The notes under the pieces: model-generated
What the model was told of the DNA's origin: nothing
Database searches by the model: none
Seen by the model: the letters and a program-made list of their open reading frames with translations, nothing else
Made by a program: the position numbers and the translations under genes
Source of the DNA: Nemertoderma westbladi
Taxonomy: Eukaryota > Animalia > Xenacoelomorpha
Assembly: GCA_032718475.1 (NCBI GenBank)
Contig: JAUCBJ010001340.1
Span: 1-64,000 of the forward strand
Direction: 5' to 3'
Length of the DNA stretch: 64,000 bases
Shown here: in pieces, positions 19,201 to 34,200 of the stretch
Layout: the number at the start of each line of letters is the position of its first letter
Numbering within the stretch: position 1 is the first letter of the stretch

Positions 19201-22200
19201 AGAGTTTATATGGCATAGATTGTGGAATGGGGAGTTTATATGGTAGAGATTGTGGAATGGGGAGTTTATATGGCAGAGATTGTGGAATGGGGAGTTTATA
19301 TGGTAGAGATTGTGGAATGGGGAGTTTATATGGCAGAGATTGTGGAATGGGGAGTTTATATGGCAGAGATTGTTGAATGGGGAGTTTATATGGCAGAGAT
19401 TGTGGAATGGGGAGTTTATATGGTAGATATTGCGGAATGGGGTGGGGAGTTTAAATGGCAGAGATTGTGGAATGGGGAGTTTATATGGCAGAGATTGTGG
19501 AATGGGGAGTTTATACGGCAGAGATTGTGGAATGGAGAGTTTATATGGTAGATATTGCGGAATGGGGTGGGGAGTTTAAATGGCAGAGATTGTGGAATGG
19601 GGAGTTTATATGGCAGAGATAGTGGAATGGGGAGTTTATATGGCAGAAATTGTGGAATGGGGAGTTTATAAGGCAGAAATTGTGGAATGGGGAGTTTATA
19701 CGGCAGAGATTGTGGAATGGAGAGTTTATATGGTAGAGATTGTGGAATGGGGTGGGGAGTTTAAATGGCAGATATTGTGGAATGGGGAGTTTATATGGCA
19801 GAGATAGTGGAATGGGGAGTTTATATGGCAGAAATTGTGGAATGGGGAGTTTATAAGGCAGAAATTGTGGAATGGGGAGTTTAAATGGCAGAGATTGTAG
19901 ATAGAATGGGGAGATTATATGGCAGATATTGTGGAATGGGGAGTTTATATGGCAGATATTGTGGAATGGGGAGTTTATATGGCAGAGATTGTGGAATGGG
20001 GAGTTTATATGACAGAGATTGTGGAATGGGGAGTTTATACGGCAGAGATTGTGGAATGGAGAGTTTATATGGTAGAGATTGTGGAATGGGGTGGGGAGTT
20101 TAAATGGCAGATATTGTGGAATGGGGAGTTTATATGGCAGAGATTGTGGAATGGGGAGTTTATATGGCAGAGATTGTGGAATGGGGAGTTTATATGGCAG
20201 AGATTGTGGAATGGAGAGTTTATATGGTAGAGATTGTGGAATGGGGAGTTTATATGGCAGAGATTGTGGAATGGGGAGTTTATATGACAGAGATTGTGGA
20301 ATGGGGAGTTTATATGGCAGAGATTGTGGAATGGGGAGTTTATATGGCAGAGATTGTGGAATGGAGAGTTTATATGGTAGAGATTGTGGAATGGGGAGTT
20401 TATATGGCAGAGATTGTGCAATGGGGGGTTTATATGGCAGAGATTGTGGAATGGGGAGTTTATATGGCAGAGATTGTGGAATGGGGAGTTTAAATGGCAG
20501 AGATTGTGGAATGGAGAGTTTATATGGTAGATATTGCGGAATGGGGTGGGGAGTTTAAATGGCAGAGATTGTGGAATGGGGAGTTTATATGGCAGAGATA
20601 GTGGAATGGGGAGTTTATATGGCAGAAATTGTGGAATGGGGAGTTTATAAGGCAGAAATTGTGGAATGGGGAGTTTATACGGCAGAGATTGTGGAATGGA
20701 GAGTTTATATGGTAGAGATTGTGGAATGGGGTGGGGAGTTTAAATGGCAGATATTGTGGAATGGGGAGTTTATATGGCAGAGATAGTGGAATGGGGAGTT
20801 TATATGGCAGAAATTGTGGAATGGGGAGTTTATAAGGCAGAAATTGTGGAATGGGGAGTTTAAATGGCAGAGATTGTAGATAGAATGGGGAGATTATATG
20901 GCAGATATTGTGGAATGGGGAGTTTATATGGCAGATATTGTGGAATGGGGAGTTTATATGGCAGAGATTGTGGAATGGGGAGTTTATATGACAGAGATTG
21001 TGGAATGGGGAGTTTATACGGCAGAGATTGTGGAATGGAGAGTTTATATGGTAGAGATTGTGGAATGGGGTGGGGAGTTTAAATGGCAGATATTGTGGAA
21101 TGGGGAGTTTATATGGCAGAGATTGTGGAATGGGGAGTTTATATGGCAGAGATTGTGGAATGGGGAGTTTATATGGCAGAGATTGTGGAATGGAGAGTTT
21201 ATATGGTAGAGATTGTGGAATGGGGAGTTTATATGGCAGAGATTGTGGAATGGGGAGTTTATATGACAGAGATTGTGGAATGGGGAGTTTATATGGCAGA
21301 GATTGTGGAATGGGGAGTTTATATGGCAGAGATTGTGGAATGGAGAGTTTATATGGTAGAGATTGTGGAATGGGGAGTTTATATGGCAGAGATTGTGCAA
21401 TGGGGGGTTTATATGGCAGAGATTGTGGAATGGGGAGTTTATATGGCAGAGATTGTGGAATGGGGAGTTTAAATGGCAGATATTGTGGAATGGGGAGTTT
21501 ATATGGCAGAGATTGTGGAATGGGGAGTTTATATGGCAGAGATTGTGGAATGGGGAGTTTAAATGGCAGATATTGTGGAATGGGGAGTTTATATGGCAGA
21601 GATTGTGGAATGGGGAGTTTATATGGCAGAGATTGTGGAATGGAGAGTTTATATGGTAGAGATTGTGGAATGGGGAGTTTATATGGCAGAGATTGTGGAA
21701 TGGGGAGTTTATATGGCAGAGATTGTGGAATGGGGAGTTTATATGACAGAGATTGTGGAATGGGGAGTTTATATGGCAGAGATTGTGGAATGGGGAGTTT
21801 ATATGGCAGAGATTGTGGAATGGAGAGTTTATATGGTAGAGATTGTGGAATGGGGAGTTTATATGGCATAGATTGTGGAATGGGGAGTTTATATGGTAGA
21901 TATTGCGGAATGGGGTGGGGAGTTTAAATGGCAGAGATTGTGGAATGGGGAGTTTATATGGCAGAGATTGTGGAATGGGGAGTTTATACGGCAGAGATTG
22001 TGGAATGGAGAGTTTATATGGCATAGATTGTGGAATGGGGAGTTTATATGGTAGAGATTGTGGAATGGGGAGTTTATATGGCAGAGATTGTGGAATGGGG
22101 AGTTTATATGGTAGAGATTGTGGAATGGGGAGTTTATATGGCAGAGATTGTGGAATGGGGAGTTTATATGGCAGAGATTGTTGAATGGGGAGTTTATATG

Positions 22201-25200
22201 GCAGAGATTGTGGAATGGGGAGTTTATATGGTAGATATTGCGGAATGGGGTGGGGAGTTTAAATGGCAGAGATTGTGGAATGGGGAGTTTATATGGCAGA
22301 GATTGTGGAATGGGGAGTTTATACGGCAGAGATTGTGGAATGGAGAGTTTATATGGTAGATATTGCGGAATGGGGTGGGGAGTTTAAATGGCAGAGATTG
22401 TGGAATGGGGAGTTTATATGGCAGAGATAGTGGAATGGGGAGTTTATATGGCAGAAATTGTGGAATGGGGAGTTTATAAGGCAGAAATTGTGGAATGGGG
22501 AGTTTATACGGCAGAGATTGTGGAATGGAGAGTTTATATGGTAGAGATTGTGGAATGGGGTGGGGAGTTTAAATGGCAGATATTGTGGAATGGGGAGTTT
22601 ATATGGCAGAGATAGTGGAATGGGGAGTTTATATGGCAGAAATTGTGGAATGGGGAGTTTATAAGGCAGAAATTGTGGAATGGGGAGTTTAAATGGCAGA
22701 GATTGTAGATAGAATGGGGAGATTATATGGCAGATATTGTGGAATGGGGAGTTTATATGGCAGATATTGTGGAATGGGGAGTTTATATGGCAGAGATTGT
22801 GGAATGGGGAGTTTATATGACAGAGATTGTGGAATGGGGAGTTTATACGGCAGAGATTGTGGAATGGAGAGTTTATATGGTAGAGATTGTGGAATGGGGT
22901 GGGGAGTTTAAATGGCAGATATTGTGGAATGGGGAGTTTATATGGCAGAGATTGTGGAATGGGGAGTTTATATGGCAGAGATTGTGGAATGGGGAGTTTA
23001 TATGGCAGAGATTGTGGAATGGAGAGTTTATATGGTAGAGATTGTGGAATGGGGAGTTTATATGGCAGAGATTGTGGAATGGGGAGTTTATATGACAGAG
23101 ATTGTGGAATGGGGAGTTTATATGGCAGAGATTGTGGAATGGGGAGTTTATATGGCAGAGATTGTGGAATGGAGAGTTTATATGGTAGAGATTGTGGAAT
23201 GGGGAGTTTATATGGCAGAGATTGTGCAATGGGGGGTTTATATGGCAGAGATTGTGGAATGGGGAGTTTATATGGCAGAGATTGTGGAATGGGGAGTTTA
23301 AATGGCAGATATTGTGGAATGGGGAGTTTATATGGCAGAGATTGTGGAATGGGGAGTTTATATGGCAGAGATTGTGGAATGGGGAGTTTAAATGGCAGAT
23401 ATTGTGGAAAGGGGAGTTTATATGGCAGAGATTGTGGAATGGGGAGTTTATATGGCAGAGATTGTGGAATGGAGAGTTTATATGGTAGAGATTGTGGAAT
23501 GGGGAGTTTATATGGCAGAGATTGTGGAATGGGGAGTTTATATGGCAGAGATTGTGGAATGGGGAGTTTATATGACAGAGATTGTGGAAGGGGGAGTTTA
23601 TATGGCAGAGATTGTGGAATGGGGAGTTTATATGGCAGAGATTGTGGAATGGAGAGTTTATATGGTAGAGATTGTGGAATGGGGAGTTTATATGGCAGAG
23701 ATTGTGCAATGGGGGGTTTATATGGCAGAGATTGTGGAATGGGGAGTTTATATGGCAGAGATTGTGGAATGGGGAGTTTAAATGGCAGATATTGTGGAAT
23801 GGGGAGTTTATATGGCAGAGATTGTGGAATGGGGAGTTTATATGGCAGATATTGTGGAATGGGGAGTTTATATGGCAGAGATTGTGGAATGGGGAGTTTA
23901 TATGGCAGAGATTGTGGAATGGGGAGTTTAAATGGCTGATATTGTGGAATGGGGGGTTTATATGGCAGAGATTGTGGAATGGGGAGTTTAAATGGCAGAT
24001 ATTGTGGAATGGGGAGTTTATATGGCAGAGATTGTGGAATGGGGAGTTTATATGGCAGAGATTGTGGAATGTGGTGGGGAGTTTATATGGCAGAGATTGT
24101 GGAATGGAGAGTTTATATGGCAGAGATTGTGGAATGGGGTGTTTAGATGGCAGAGATTGTGGAATGGGGAGTTTTTATGGCAGAGATTGTGGAATGGGGA
24201 GTTTATATGGCAGAGATTGTGGAATGGGGAGTTTATATGGCAGATATTGTGGAATGGGGAGTTTATATGGCAGAGATTGTGGAATGGGGAGTTTATATGG
24301 CAGAGATTGTGGAATGGGGAGTTTAAATGGCAGAGATTGTGGAATGGGGTGGGGAGTTTATATAGCAGATATTGCGGAATGGAGAGTTTATATGGCAGAG
24401 ATTGTGGAATGGGGAGTTTATATGGCAGAGATTGTGGAATGGGGAGTTTATATGGCAGAGATTGTGGAATGGGGAGTTTAAATGGCAGAGATTGTGGAAT
24501 GGGGTGGGGAGTTTATATAGCAGATATTGCGGAATGGAGAGTTTATATGGCAGAGATTGTGGAATGGGGAGTTTATATGGCAGAGATTGTGGAATGGGGA
24601 GTTTAAATGGCAGAGATTGTTGAATGGGGAGTTTATATGGCAGAGATTGTGGAATGGGGAGTTTATATGGCAGAGATTGTGGAATGGGGAGTTTAAATGG
24701 CAGATATTGTGGAATGGGGAGTTTATATGGCAGAGATTGTGGAATGGGGAGTTTAAATGGCAGAGATTGTGGAATGGGGTGGGGAGTTTAAATGGCAGAG
24801 ATTGTGGAATGGGGAGTTTATATGGCAGATATTGTGGAATGGGGAGTTTAAAAGGCAGATATTGTGGAATGGGGAGTTTATATGGCAGAGATTGTGGAAT
24901 GGGGAGTTTAAATGGCAGAGATTGTGGAATGGGGTGGGGAGTTTAAATGGCAGAGATTGTGGAATGGGGAGTTTATATGGCAGATATTGTGGAATGGGGA
25001 GTTTAAAAGGCAGATATTGTGGAATGGGGAGTTTATATGGCAGAGATTGTGGAATGGGGAGTTTATATGGCAGAGATTGTGGAATGTGGTGGGGAGTTTA
25101 TATGGCAGAGATTGTGGAATGGAGAGTTTATATGGCAGAGATTGTGGAATGGGGTGTTTAGATGGCAGAGATTGTGGAATGGGGAGTTTTTATGGCAGAG

Positions 25201-28200
25201 ATTGTGGAATGGGGAGTTTATATGGCAGAGATTGTGGAATGGGGAGTTTATATGGCAGATATTGTGGAATGGGGAGTTTATATGGCAGAGATTGTGGAAT
25301 GGGGAGTTTATATGGCAGAGATTGTGGAATGGGGAGTTTAAATGGCAGAGATTGTGGAATGGGGTGGGGAGTTTATATAGCAGATATTGCGGAATGGAGA
25401 GTTTATATGGCAGAGATTGTGGAATGGGGAGTTTATATGGCAGAGATTGTGGAATGGGGAGTTTATATGGCAGAGATTGTGGAATGGGGAGTTTAAATGG
25501 CAGAGATTGTGGAATGGGGTGGGGAGTTTATATAGCAGATATTGCGGAATGGAGAGTTTATATGGCAGAGATTGTGGAATGGGGAGTTTATATGGCAGAG
25601 ATTGTGGAATGGGGAGTTTAAATGGCAGATATTGTGGAATGGGGAGTTTATATGGCAGAGATTGTGGAATGGGGAGTTTAAATGGCAGAGATTGTGGAAT
25701 GGGGTGGGGAGTTTAAATGGCAGAGATTGTGGAATGGGGAGTTTATATGGCAGATATTGTGGAATGGGGAGTTTAAAAGGCAGATATTGTGGAATGGGGA
25801 GTTTATATGGCAGAGATTGTGGAATGGGGAGTTTAAATGGCAGAGATTGTGGAATGGGGAGTTTATATGGCAGATATTGTGGAATGGGGAGTTTAAAAGG
25901 CAGATATTGTGGAATGGGGAGTTTAAAAGGCAGATATTGTGGAATGGGGAGTTTATATGGCAGAGATTGTGGAATGGGGAGTTTAAATGGCAGAGATTGT
26001 GGAATGGGGTGGGGAGTTTAAATGGCAGAGATTGTGGAATGGGGAGTTTATATGGCAGATATTGTGGAATGGGGAGTTTATATGGCAGAGGTTGTGGAAT
26101 GGGGAGTATATATGGTAGAGATTGTGGAATGGGGAGTTTATATGGCAGATATTGTGGAATGGGGAGTTTATATGGCAGAGATTGTGGAATGGGGAGTTTA
26201 AAAGGCAGATATTGTGGAATGGGGAGTTTAAATGGCAGAGATTGTGGAATGGGGTGGGGAGTTTATATGGCAGAGATTGCGGAATGGAGAGTTTATATGG
26301 AAGAGATTGTGGAATGGGGAGTTTATATGGTAGAGATTGTGGAATGGGGTGGGGAGTTTAAATGGCAGAGATTGTGGAATGGGGAGTTTATATGGCAGAT
26401 ATTGTGCAATGGGGAGTTTATATGGTAGAGATTGTGGAATGGGGACTTTAAATGCCAGAGATTGTGGAATGGGGGAATTTATATGGCAGATATTGTGGAA
26501 TGGGGAGTTTATATGGCAGAGATTGTGGAATGGGGAGTTTAAAAGGCAGATATTGTGGAATGGGGAGTTTATATGGCAGAGATTGTGGAATGGGGAGTTT
26601 ATATGGCAGAGATTGTGGAATGGGGAGTTTATATGGCAGAGATTGTGGAATGGGGAGTTTAAATGGCTGATATTGTGGAATGGGGGGTTTATATGGCAGA
26701 GATTGTGGAATGGGGAGTTTAAATGGCAGATATTGTGGAATGGGGAGTTTATATGGCAGAGATTGTGGAATGGGGAGTTTATATGGCAGAGATTGTGGAA
26801 TGGGGAGTTTAAATGGCAGATATTGTGGAATGGGGAGTTTATATGGCAGAGATTGTGGAATGGGGAGTTTATATGGCAGAGATTGTGGAATGTGGTGGGG
26901 AGTTTATATGGCAGAGATTGTGGAATGGAGAGTTTATATGGCAGAGATTGTGGAATGGGGTGTTTAGATGGCAGAGATTGTGGAATGGGGAGTTTTTATG
27001 GCAGAGATTGTGGAATGGGGAGTTTATATGGCAGAGATTGTGGAATGGGGAGTTTATATGGCAGATATTGTGGAATGGGGAGTTTATATGGCAGAGATTG
27101 TGGAATGGGGAGTTTATATGGCAGAGATTGTGGAATGGGGAGTTTAAATGGCAGAGATTGTGGAATGGGGTGGGGAGTTTATATAGCAGATATTGCGGAA
27201 TGGAGAGTTTATATGGCAGAGATTGTGGAATGGGGAGTTTATATGGCAGAGATTGTGGAATGGGGAGTTTATATGGCAGAGATTGTGGAATGGGGAGTTT
27301 AAATGGCAGAGATTGTGGAATGGGGTGGGGAGTTTATATAGCAGATATTGCGGAATGGAGAGTTTATATGGCAGAGATTGTGGAATGGGGAGTTTATATG
27401 GCAGAGATTGTGGAATGGGGAGTTTAAATGGCAGAGATTGTTGAATGGGGAGTTTATATGGCAGAGATTGTGGAATGGGGAGTTTATATGGCAGAGATTG
27501 TGGAATGGGGAGTTTAAATGGCAGATATTGTGGAATGGGGAGTTTATATGGCAGAGATTGTGGAATGGGGAGTTTAAATGGCAGAGATTGTGGAATGGGG
27601 TGGGGAGTTTAAATGGCAGAGATTGTGGAATGGGGAGTTTATATGGCAGATATTGTGGAATGGGGAGTTTAAAAGGCAGATATTGTGGAATGGGGAGTTT
27701 ATATGGCAGAGATTGTGGAATGGGGAGTTTAAATGGCAGAGATTGTGGAATGGGGTGGGGAGTTTAAATGGCAGAGATTGTGGAATGGGGAGTTTATATG
27801 GCAGATATTGTGGAATGGGGAGTTTAAAAGGCAGATATTGTGGAATGGGGAGTTTATATGGCAGAGATTGTGGAATGGGGAGTTTATATGGCAGAGATTG
27901 TGGAATGTGGTGGGGAGTTTATATGGCAGAGATTGTGGAATGGAGAGTTTATATGGCAGAGATTGTGGAATGGGGTGTTTAGATGGCAGAGATTGTGGAA
28001 TGGGGAGTTTTTATGGCAGAGATTGTGGAATGGGGAGTTTATATGGCAGAGATTGTGGAATGGGGAGTTTATATGGCAGATATTGTGGAATGGGGAGTTT
28101 ATATGGCAGAGATTGTGGAATGGGGAGTTTATATGGCAGAGATTGTGGAATGGGGAGTTTAAATGGCAGAGATTGTGGAATGGGGTGGGGAGTTTATATA

Positions 28201-31200
28201 GCAGATATTGCGGAATGGAGAGTTTATATGGCAGAGATTGTGGAATGGGGAGTTTATATGGCAGAGATTGTGGAATGGGGAGTTTATATGGCAGAGATTG
28301 TGGAATGGGGAGTTTAAATGGCAGAGATTGTGGAATGGGGTGGGGAGTTTATATAGCAGATATTGCGGAATGGAGAGTTTATATGGCAGAGATTGTGGAA
28401 TGGGGAGTTTATATGGCAGAGATTGTGGAATGGGGAGTTTAAATGGCAGATATTGTGGAATGGGGAGTTTATATGGCAGAGATTGTGGAATGGGGAGTTT
28501 AAATGGCAGAGATTGTGGAATGGGGTGGGGAGTTTAAATGGCAGAGATTGTGGAATGGGGAGTTTATATGGCAGATATTGTGGAATGGGGAGTTTAAAAG
28601 GCAGATATTGTGGAATGGGGAGTTTATATGGCAGAGATTGTGGAATGGGGAGTTTAAATGGCAGAGATTGTGGAATGGGGAGTTTATATGGCAGATATTG
28701 TGGAATGGGGAGTTTAAAAGGCAGATATTGTGGAATGGGGAGTTTAAAAGGCAGATATTGTGGAATGGGGAGTTTATATGGCAGAGATTGTGGAATGGGG
28801 AGTTTAAATGGCAGAGATTGTGGAATGGGGTGGGGAGTTTAAATGGCAGAGATTGTGGAATGGGGAGTTTATATGGCAGATATTGTGGAATGGGGAGTTT
28901 ATATGGCAGAGGTTGTGGAATGGGGAGTATATATGGTAGAGATTGTGGAATGGGGAGTTTATATGGCAGATATTGTGGAATGGGGAGTTTATATGGCAGA
29001 GATTGTGGAATGGGGAGTTTAAAAGGCAGATATTGTGGAATGGGGAGTTTAAATGGCAGAGATTGTGGAATGGGGTGGGGAGTTTATATGGCAGAGATTG
29101 CGGAATGGAGAGTTTATATGGAAGAGATTGTGGAATGGGGAGTTTATATGGTAGAGATTGTGGAATGGGGTGGGGAGTTTAAATGGCAGAGATTGTGGAA
29201 TGGGGAGTTTATATGGCAGATATTGTGCAATGGGGAGTTTATATGGTAGAGATTGTGGAATGGGGACTTTAAATGCCAGAGATTGTGGAATGGGGGAATT
29301 TATATGGCAGATATTGTGGAATGGGGAGTTTATATGGCAGAGATTGTGGAATGGGGAGTTTAAAAGGCAGATATTGTGGAATGGGGAGTTTATATGGCAG
29401 AGATTGTGGAATGGGGAGTTTATATGACAGAGATTGTGGAATGGGGATTTTATATGGCAGAGATTGTGGAATGGGGAGTTTAAATGGCAGATATTGTGGA
29501 ATGGGGAGTTTATATGGCAGAGATTGTGGAATGGGGAGTTTAAATGGCAGAGATTGTGGAATGGGGAGTTTAAATGGCAGATATTGTGGAATGGGGAGTT
29601 TATATGGCAGAGATTGTGGAATGGGGAGTTTAAATGGCAGAGATTGTGGAATGGGGAGTTTAAATGGCAGAGATTGTGGAATGGGGAGTTTAAAAGGCAG
29701 ATATTGTGGAATGGGGAGTTTATATGGCAGAGATTGTGGAATGGGGAGTTTAAATGGCAGAGATTGTGGAATGGGGTGGGGAGTTTAAATGGCAGAGATT
29801 GAGGAATGGGGAGTTTAAATGGCAGATATTGTGGAATGGGGAGTTTATATGGCAGAGATTGTGGAATGGGGAGTTTAAATGGCAGAGATTGTGGAATGGG
29901 GTGGGGAGTTTAAATGGCAGAGATTGTGGAATGGGGAGTTTATATGGCAGATATTGTGGAATGGGGAGTTTATATGGCAGAGGTTGTGGAATGGGGAGTA
30001 TATATGGTAGAGATTGTGGAATGGGGTGGGGAGTTTATATGGCAGAGATTGCGGAATGGAGAGTTTATATGGAAGAGATTGTGGAATGGGGAGTTTATAT
30101 GGTAGAGATTGTGGAATGGGGTGGGGAGTTTAAATGGCAGAGATTGTGGAATGGGGAGTTTATATGGCAGATATTGTGCAATGGGGAGTTTATATGGTAG
30201 AGATTGTGGAATGGGGACTTTAAATGCCAGAGATTGTGGAATGGGGGAATTTATATGGCAGATATTGTGGAATGGGGAGTTTATATGGCAGAGATTGTGG
30301 AATGGGGAGTTTAAAAGGCAGATATTGTGGAATGGGGAGTTTATATGGCAGAGATTGTGGAATGGGGAGTTTATATGACAGAGATTGTGGAATGGGGATT
30401 TTATATGGCAGAGATTGTGGAATGGGGAGTTTAAATGGCAGATATTGTGGAATGGGGAGTTTATATGGCAGAGATTGTGGAATGGGGAGTTTAAATGGCA
30501 GAGATTGTGGAATGGGGAGTTTAAATGGCAGATATTGTGGAATGGGGAGTTTATATGGCAGAGATTGTGGAATGGGGAGTTTAAATGGCAGAGATTGTGG
30601 AATGGGGAGTTTAAATGGCAGATATTGTGGAATGGGGAGTTTAAATGGCAGAGATTGTGGAATGGGGAGTTTAAATGGCAGATATTGTGGAATGGGGAGT
30701 TTATATTGCAGAGATTGTGGAATGGGGTGGGGAGTTTAAATGGCAGAGATTGTGGAATGGGGTGGGGAGTTTAAATGGCAGATATTGTGGAATGGGGAGT
30801 TTATATGGCAGAGATTGTGGAATGGGGAGTTTATACGGCAGAGATTGTGGAATGGAGAGTTTATATGGCAGAGATTGTGGAATGGGGGTGGGGAGTTTAA
30901 ATGGCAGATATTGTGGAATGGGGAGTTTAAATGGCAGATATTGTGGAATGGGGAGTTTATACGGCAGAGATTGTGGAATGGAGAGTTTATATGGCAGAGA
31001 TTGTGGAATGGGGGTGGGGAGTTTAAATGGCAGATATTGTGGAATGGGGAGTTTAAATGGCAGATATTGTGGAATGGGGAGTTTATATGGCATAGATTGT
31101 GGAATGGGGAGTTTATATGGCAGAGATTGTGGAATGGGGAGTTTATATGGCAGAGATTGTGGAATGGGGAGTTTACATGGCAGAGATTGTGGAATGGGGA

Positions 31201-34200
31201 GTTTATATAGCAGATATTGCGGAATGGAGAGTTTACATGGCAGAGATTGTGGAATGGGGAGTTTATATGGCAGAGATTGTGGAATGGGGAGTTTATATGA
31301 CAGAGATTGTGGAATGGGGAGTTTATATGGCAGAGATTGTGGAATGGGGAGTTTAAATGGCAGAGATTGTGGAATGGGGTGTTTAGATGGCAGAGATTGT
31401 GGAATGGGGAGTTTAAATGGCAGAGATTGTGGAATGGGGAGTTTATATAGCAGAGATTGTGGAATGGGGTGGGGAGTTTAAATGGCAGATATTGTGGAAT
31501 GGGGAGTTTATATGGCAGAGATTGTGGAATGGGGAGTTTATATGACAGAGATTGTGGAATGGGGAGTTTATATGGCAGAGATTGTGGAATGGGGAGTTTA
31601 AATGGCAGAGATTGTGGAATGGGGTGTTTAGATGGCAGAGATTGTGGAATGGGGAGTTTAAATGGCAGAGATTGTGGAATGGGGAGTTTATATAGCAGAG
31701 ATTGTGGAATGGGGTGGGGAGTTTAAATGGCAGATATTGTGGAATGGGGAGTTTAAATGGCAGAGATTGTGGAATGGGGAGTTTAAATGGCAGAGATTGT
31801 GGAATGGGGTGTTTAGATGGCAGAGATTGTGGAATGGGGAGTTTAAATGGCAGAGATTGTGGAATGGGGAGTTTATATAGCAGAGATTGTGGAATGGGGT
31901 GTTTAGATGGCAGAGATTGTGGAATGGGGAGTTTATATGGCAGAGATTGTGGAATGGGGAGTTTATATGACAGAGATTGTGGAATGGGGAGTTTATATGG
32001 CAGAGATTGTGGAATGGGGAGTTTAAATGGCAGAGATTGTGGAATGGGGTGTTTAGATGGCAGAGATTGTGGAATGGGGAGTTTAAATGGCAGAGATTGT
32101 GGAATGGGGAGTTTATATAGCAGAGATTGTGGAATGGGGTGGGGAGTTTAAATGGCAGATATTGTGGAATGGGGAGTTTATATGGCAGAGATTGTGGAAT
32201 GGGGAGTTTATATGACAGAGATTGTGGAATGGGGAGTTTATATGGCAGAGATTGTGGAATGGGGAGTTTAAATGGCAGAGATTGTGGAATGGGGTGTTTA
32301 GATGGCAGAGATTGTGGAATGGGGAGTTTAAATGGCAGAGATTGTGGAATGGGGAGTTTATATAGCAGAGATTGTGGAATGGGGTGGGGAGTTTAAATGG
32401 CAGATATTGTGGAATGGGGAGTTTAAATGGCAGAGATTGTGGAATGGGGAGTTTAAATGGCAGAGATTGTGGAATGGGGTGTTTAGATGGCAGAGATTGT
32501 GGAATGGGGAGTTTAAATGGCAGAGATTGTGGAATGGGGAGTTTATATAGCAGAGATTGTGGAATGGGGGTGGGGAGTTTATATAGCAGATATTGCGGAA
32601 TGGAGAGTTTATATTGCAGAGATTGTGGAATGGGGTGGGGAGTTTAAATGGCAGAGATTGTGGAATGGGGAGTTTAAATGGCAGAGATTGTGGAATGGGG
32701 AGTTTAAATGGCAGAGATTGTGGAATGGGGTGTTTAGATGGCAGAGATTGTGGAATGGGGAGTTTAAATGGCAGAGATTGTGGAATGGGGTGTTTAGATG
32801 GCAGAGATTGTGGAATGGGGAGTTTAAATGGCAGAGATTGTGGAATGGGGAGTTTAAATGGCAGAGATTGTGGAATGGGGTGTTTAGATGGCAGAGATTG
32901 TGGAATGGGGAGTTTAAATGGCAGAGATTGTGGAATGGGGTGTTTAGATGGCAGAGATTGTGGAATGGGGAGTTTATATGGTAGAGATTGTGGAATGGGG
33001 AGTTTATATGGCAGAGATTGTGGAATGGGGAGTTTAAATGGCAGAGATTGTGAAATGGAGAGTTTATATTGCAGAGATTGTGGAATGGGGTGGGGAGTTT
33101 AAATGGCAGAGATTGTGGAATGGGGAGTTTAAATGGCAGAGATTGTGGAATGGGGAGTTTACATGGCAGAGATTGTGGAATGGGGAGTTTATATGGCAGA
33201 GATTGTTGAATGGGGAGTTTATATGGCAGAGATTGTGGAATGGGGAGTTTAAATGGCAGAGATTGTGGAATGGGGAGTTTAAATGGCAGATATTGTGGAA
33301 TGGGGAGTTTATATTGCAGATATTGTGGAATGGGGTGGGGAGTTTAAATGGCAGAGATTGTGGAATGGGGTGTTTAGATGGCAGAGATTGTGGAATGGGG
33401 AGTTTACATGGCAGAGATTGTGGAATGGGGAGTTTATATGGCAGAGATTGTGGAATGGGGAGTTTATATGGCAGAGATTGTGGAATGGGGAGTTTAAATG
33501 GCAGAGATTGTGGAATGGGGTGGGGAGTTTAAATGGCAGAGATTGTGGAATGGGGAGTTTATATGGCAGATATTGTGCAATGTGGAGTTTATATGGTTGA
33601 GATTGTGGAATGGGGACTTTAAATGCCAGAGATTGTGGAATGGGGGAATTTATATGGCAGATATTGTGGAATGGGGAGTTTATATGGCAGAGATTGTGGA
33701 ATGGGGAGTATATATGGTAGAGATTGTGGAATGGGGTGGGGAGTTTATATGGCAGAGATTGTGGAATGGGGAGTTTATATGGCAGAGATTGTGGAATGGG
33801 GAGTTTATATGGCAGAGATTGTGGAATGGGGAGTTTATATGGCAGATATTGTGGAATGGGGAGTTTATATGGCAGAGATTGTGGAATGGGGAGTATATAT
33901 GGTAGAGATTGTGGAATGGGGTGGGGAGTTTATATGGCAGAGATTGTGGAATGGAGAGTTTATATGGAAGAGATTGTGGAATGGGGAGTTTATATGGTAG
34001 AGATTGTGGAATGGGGTGGGGAATTTAAATGGCAGATATTGTGGAATGGGGAGTTTATATGGCAGATATTGTGCAATGGGGAGTTTATATGGTAGAGATT
34101 GTGGAATGGGGACTTTAAATGCCAGAGATTGTGGAATGGGGAGTTTAAATGGCAGAGATTGTGGAATGGGGTGTTTAGATGGCAGAGATTGTGGAATGGG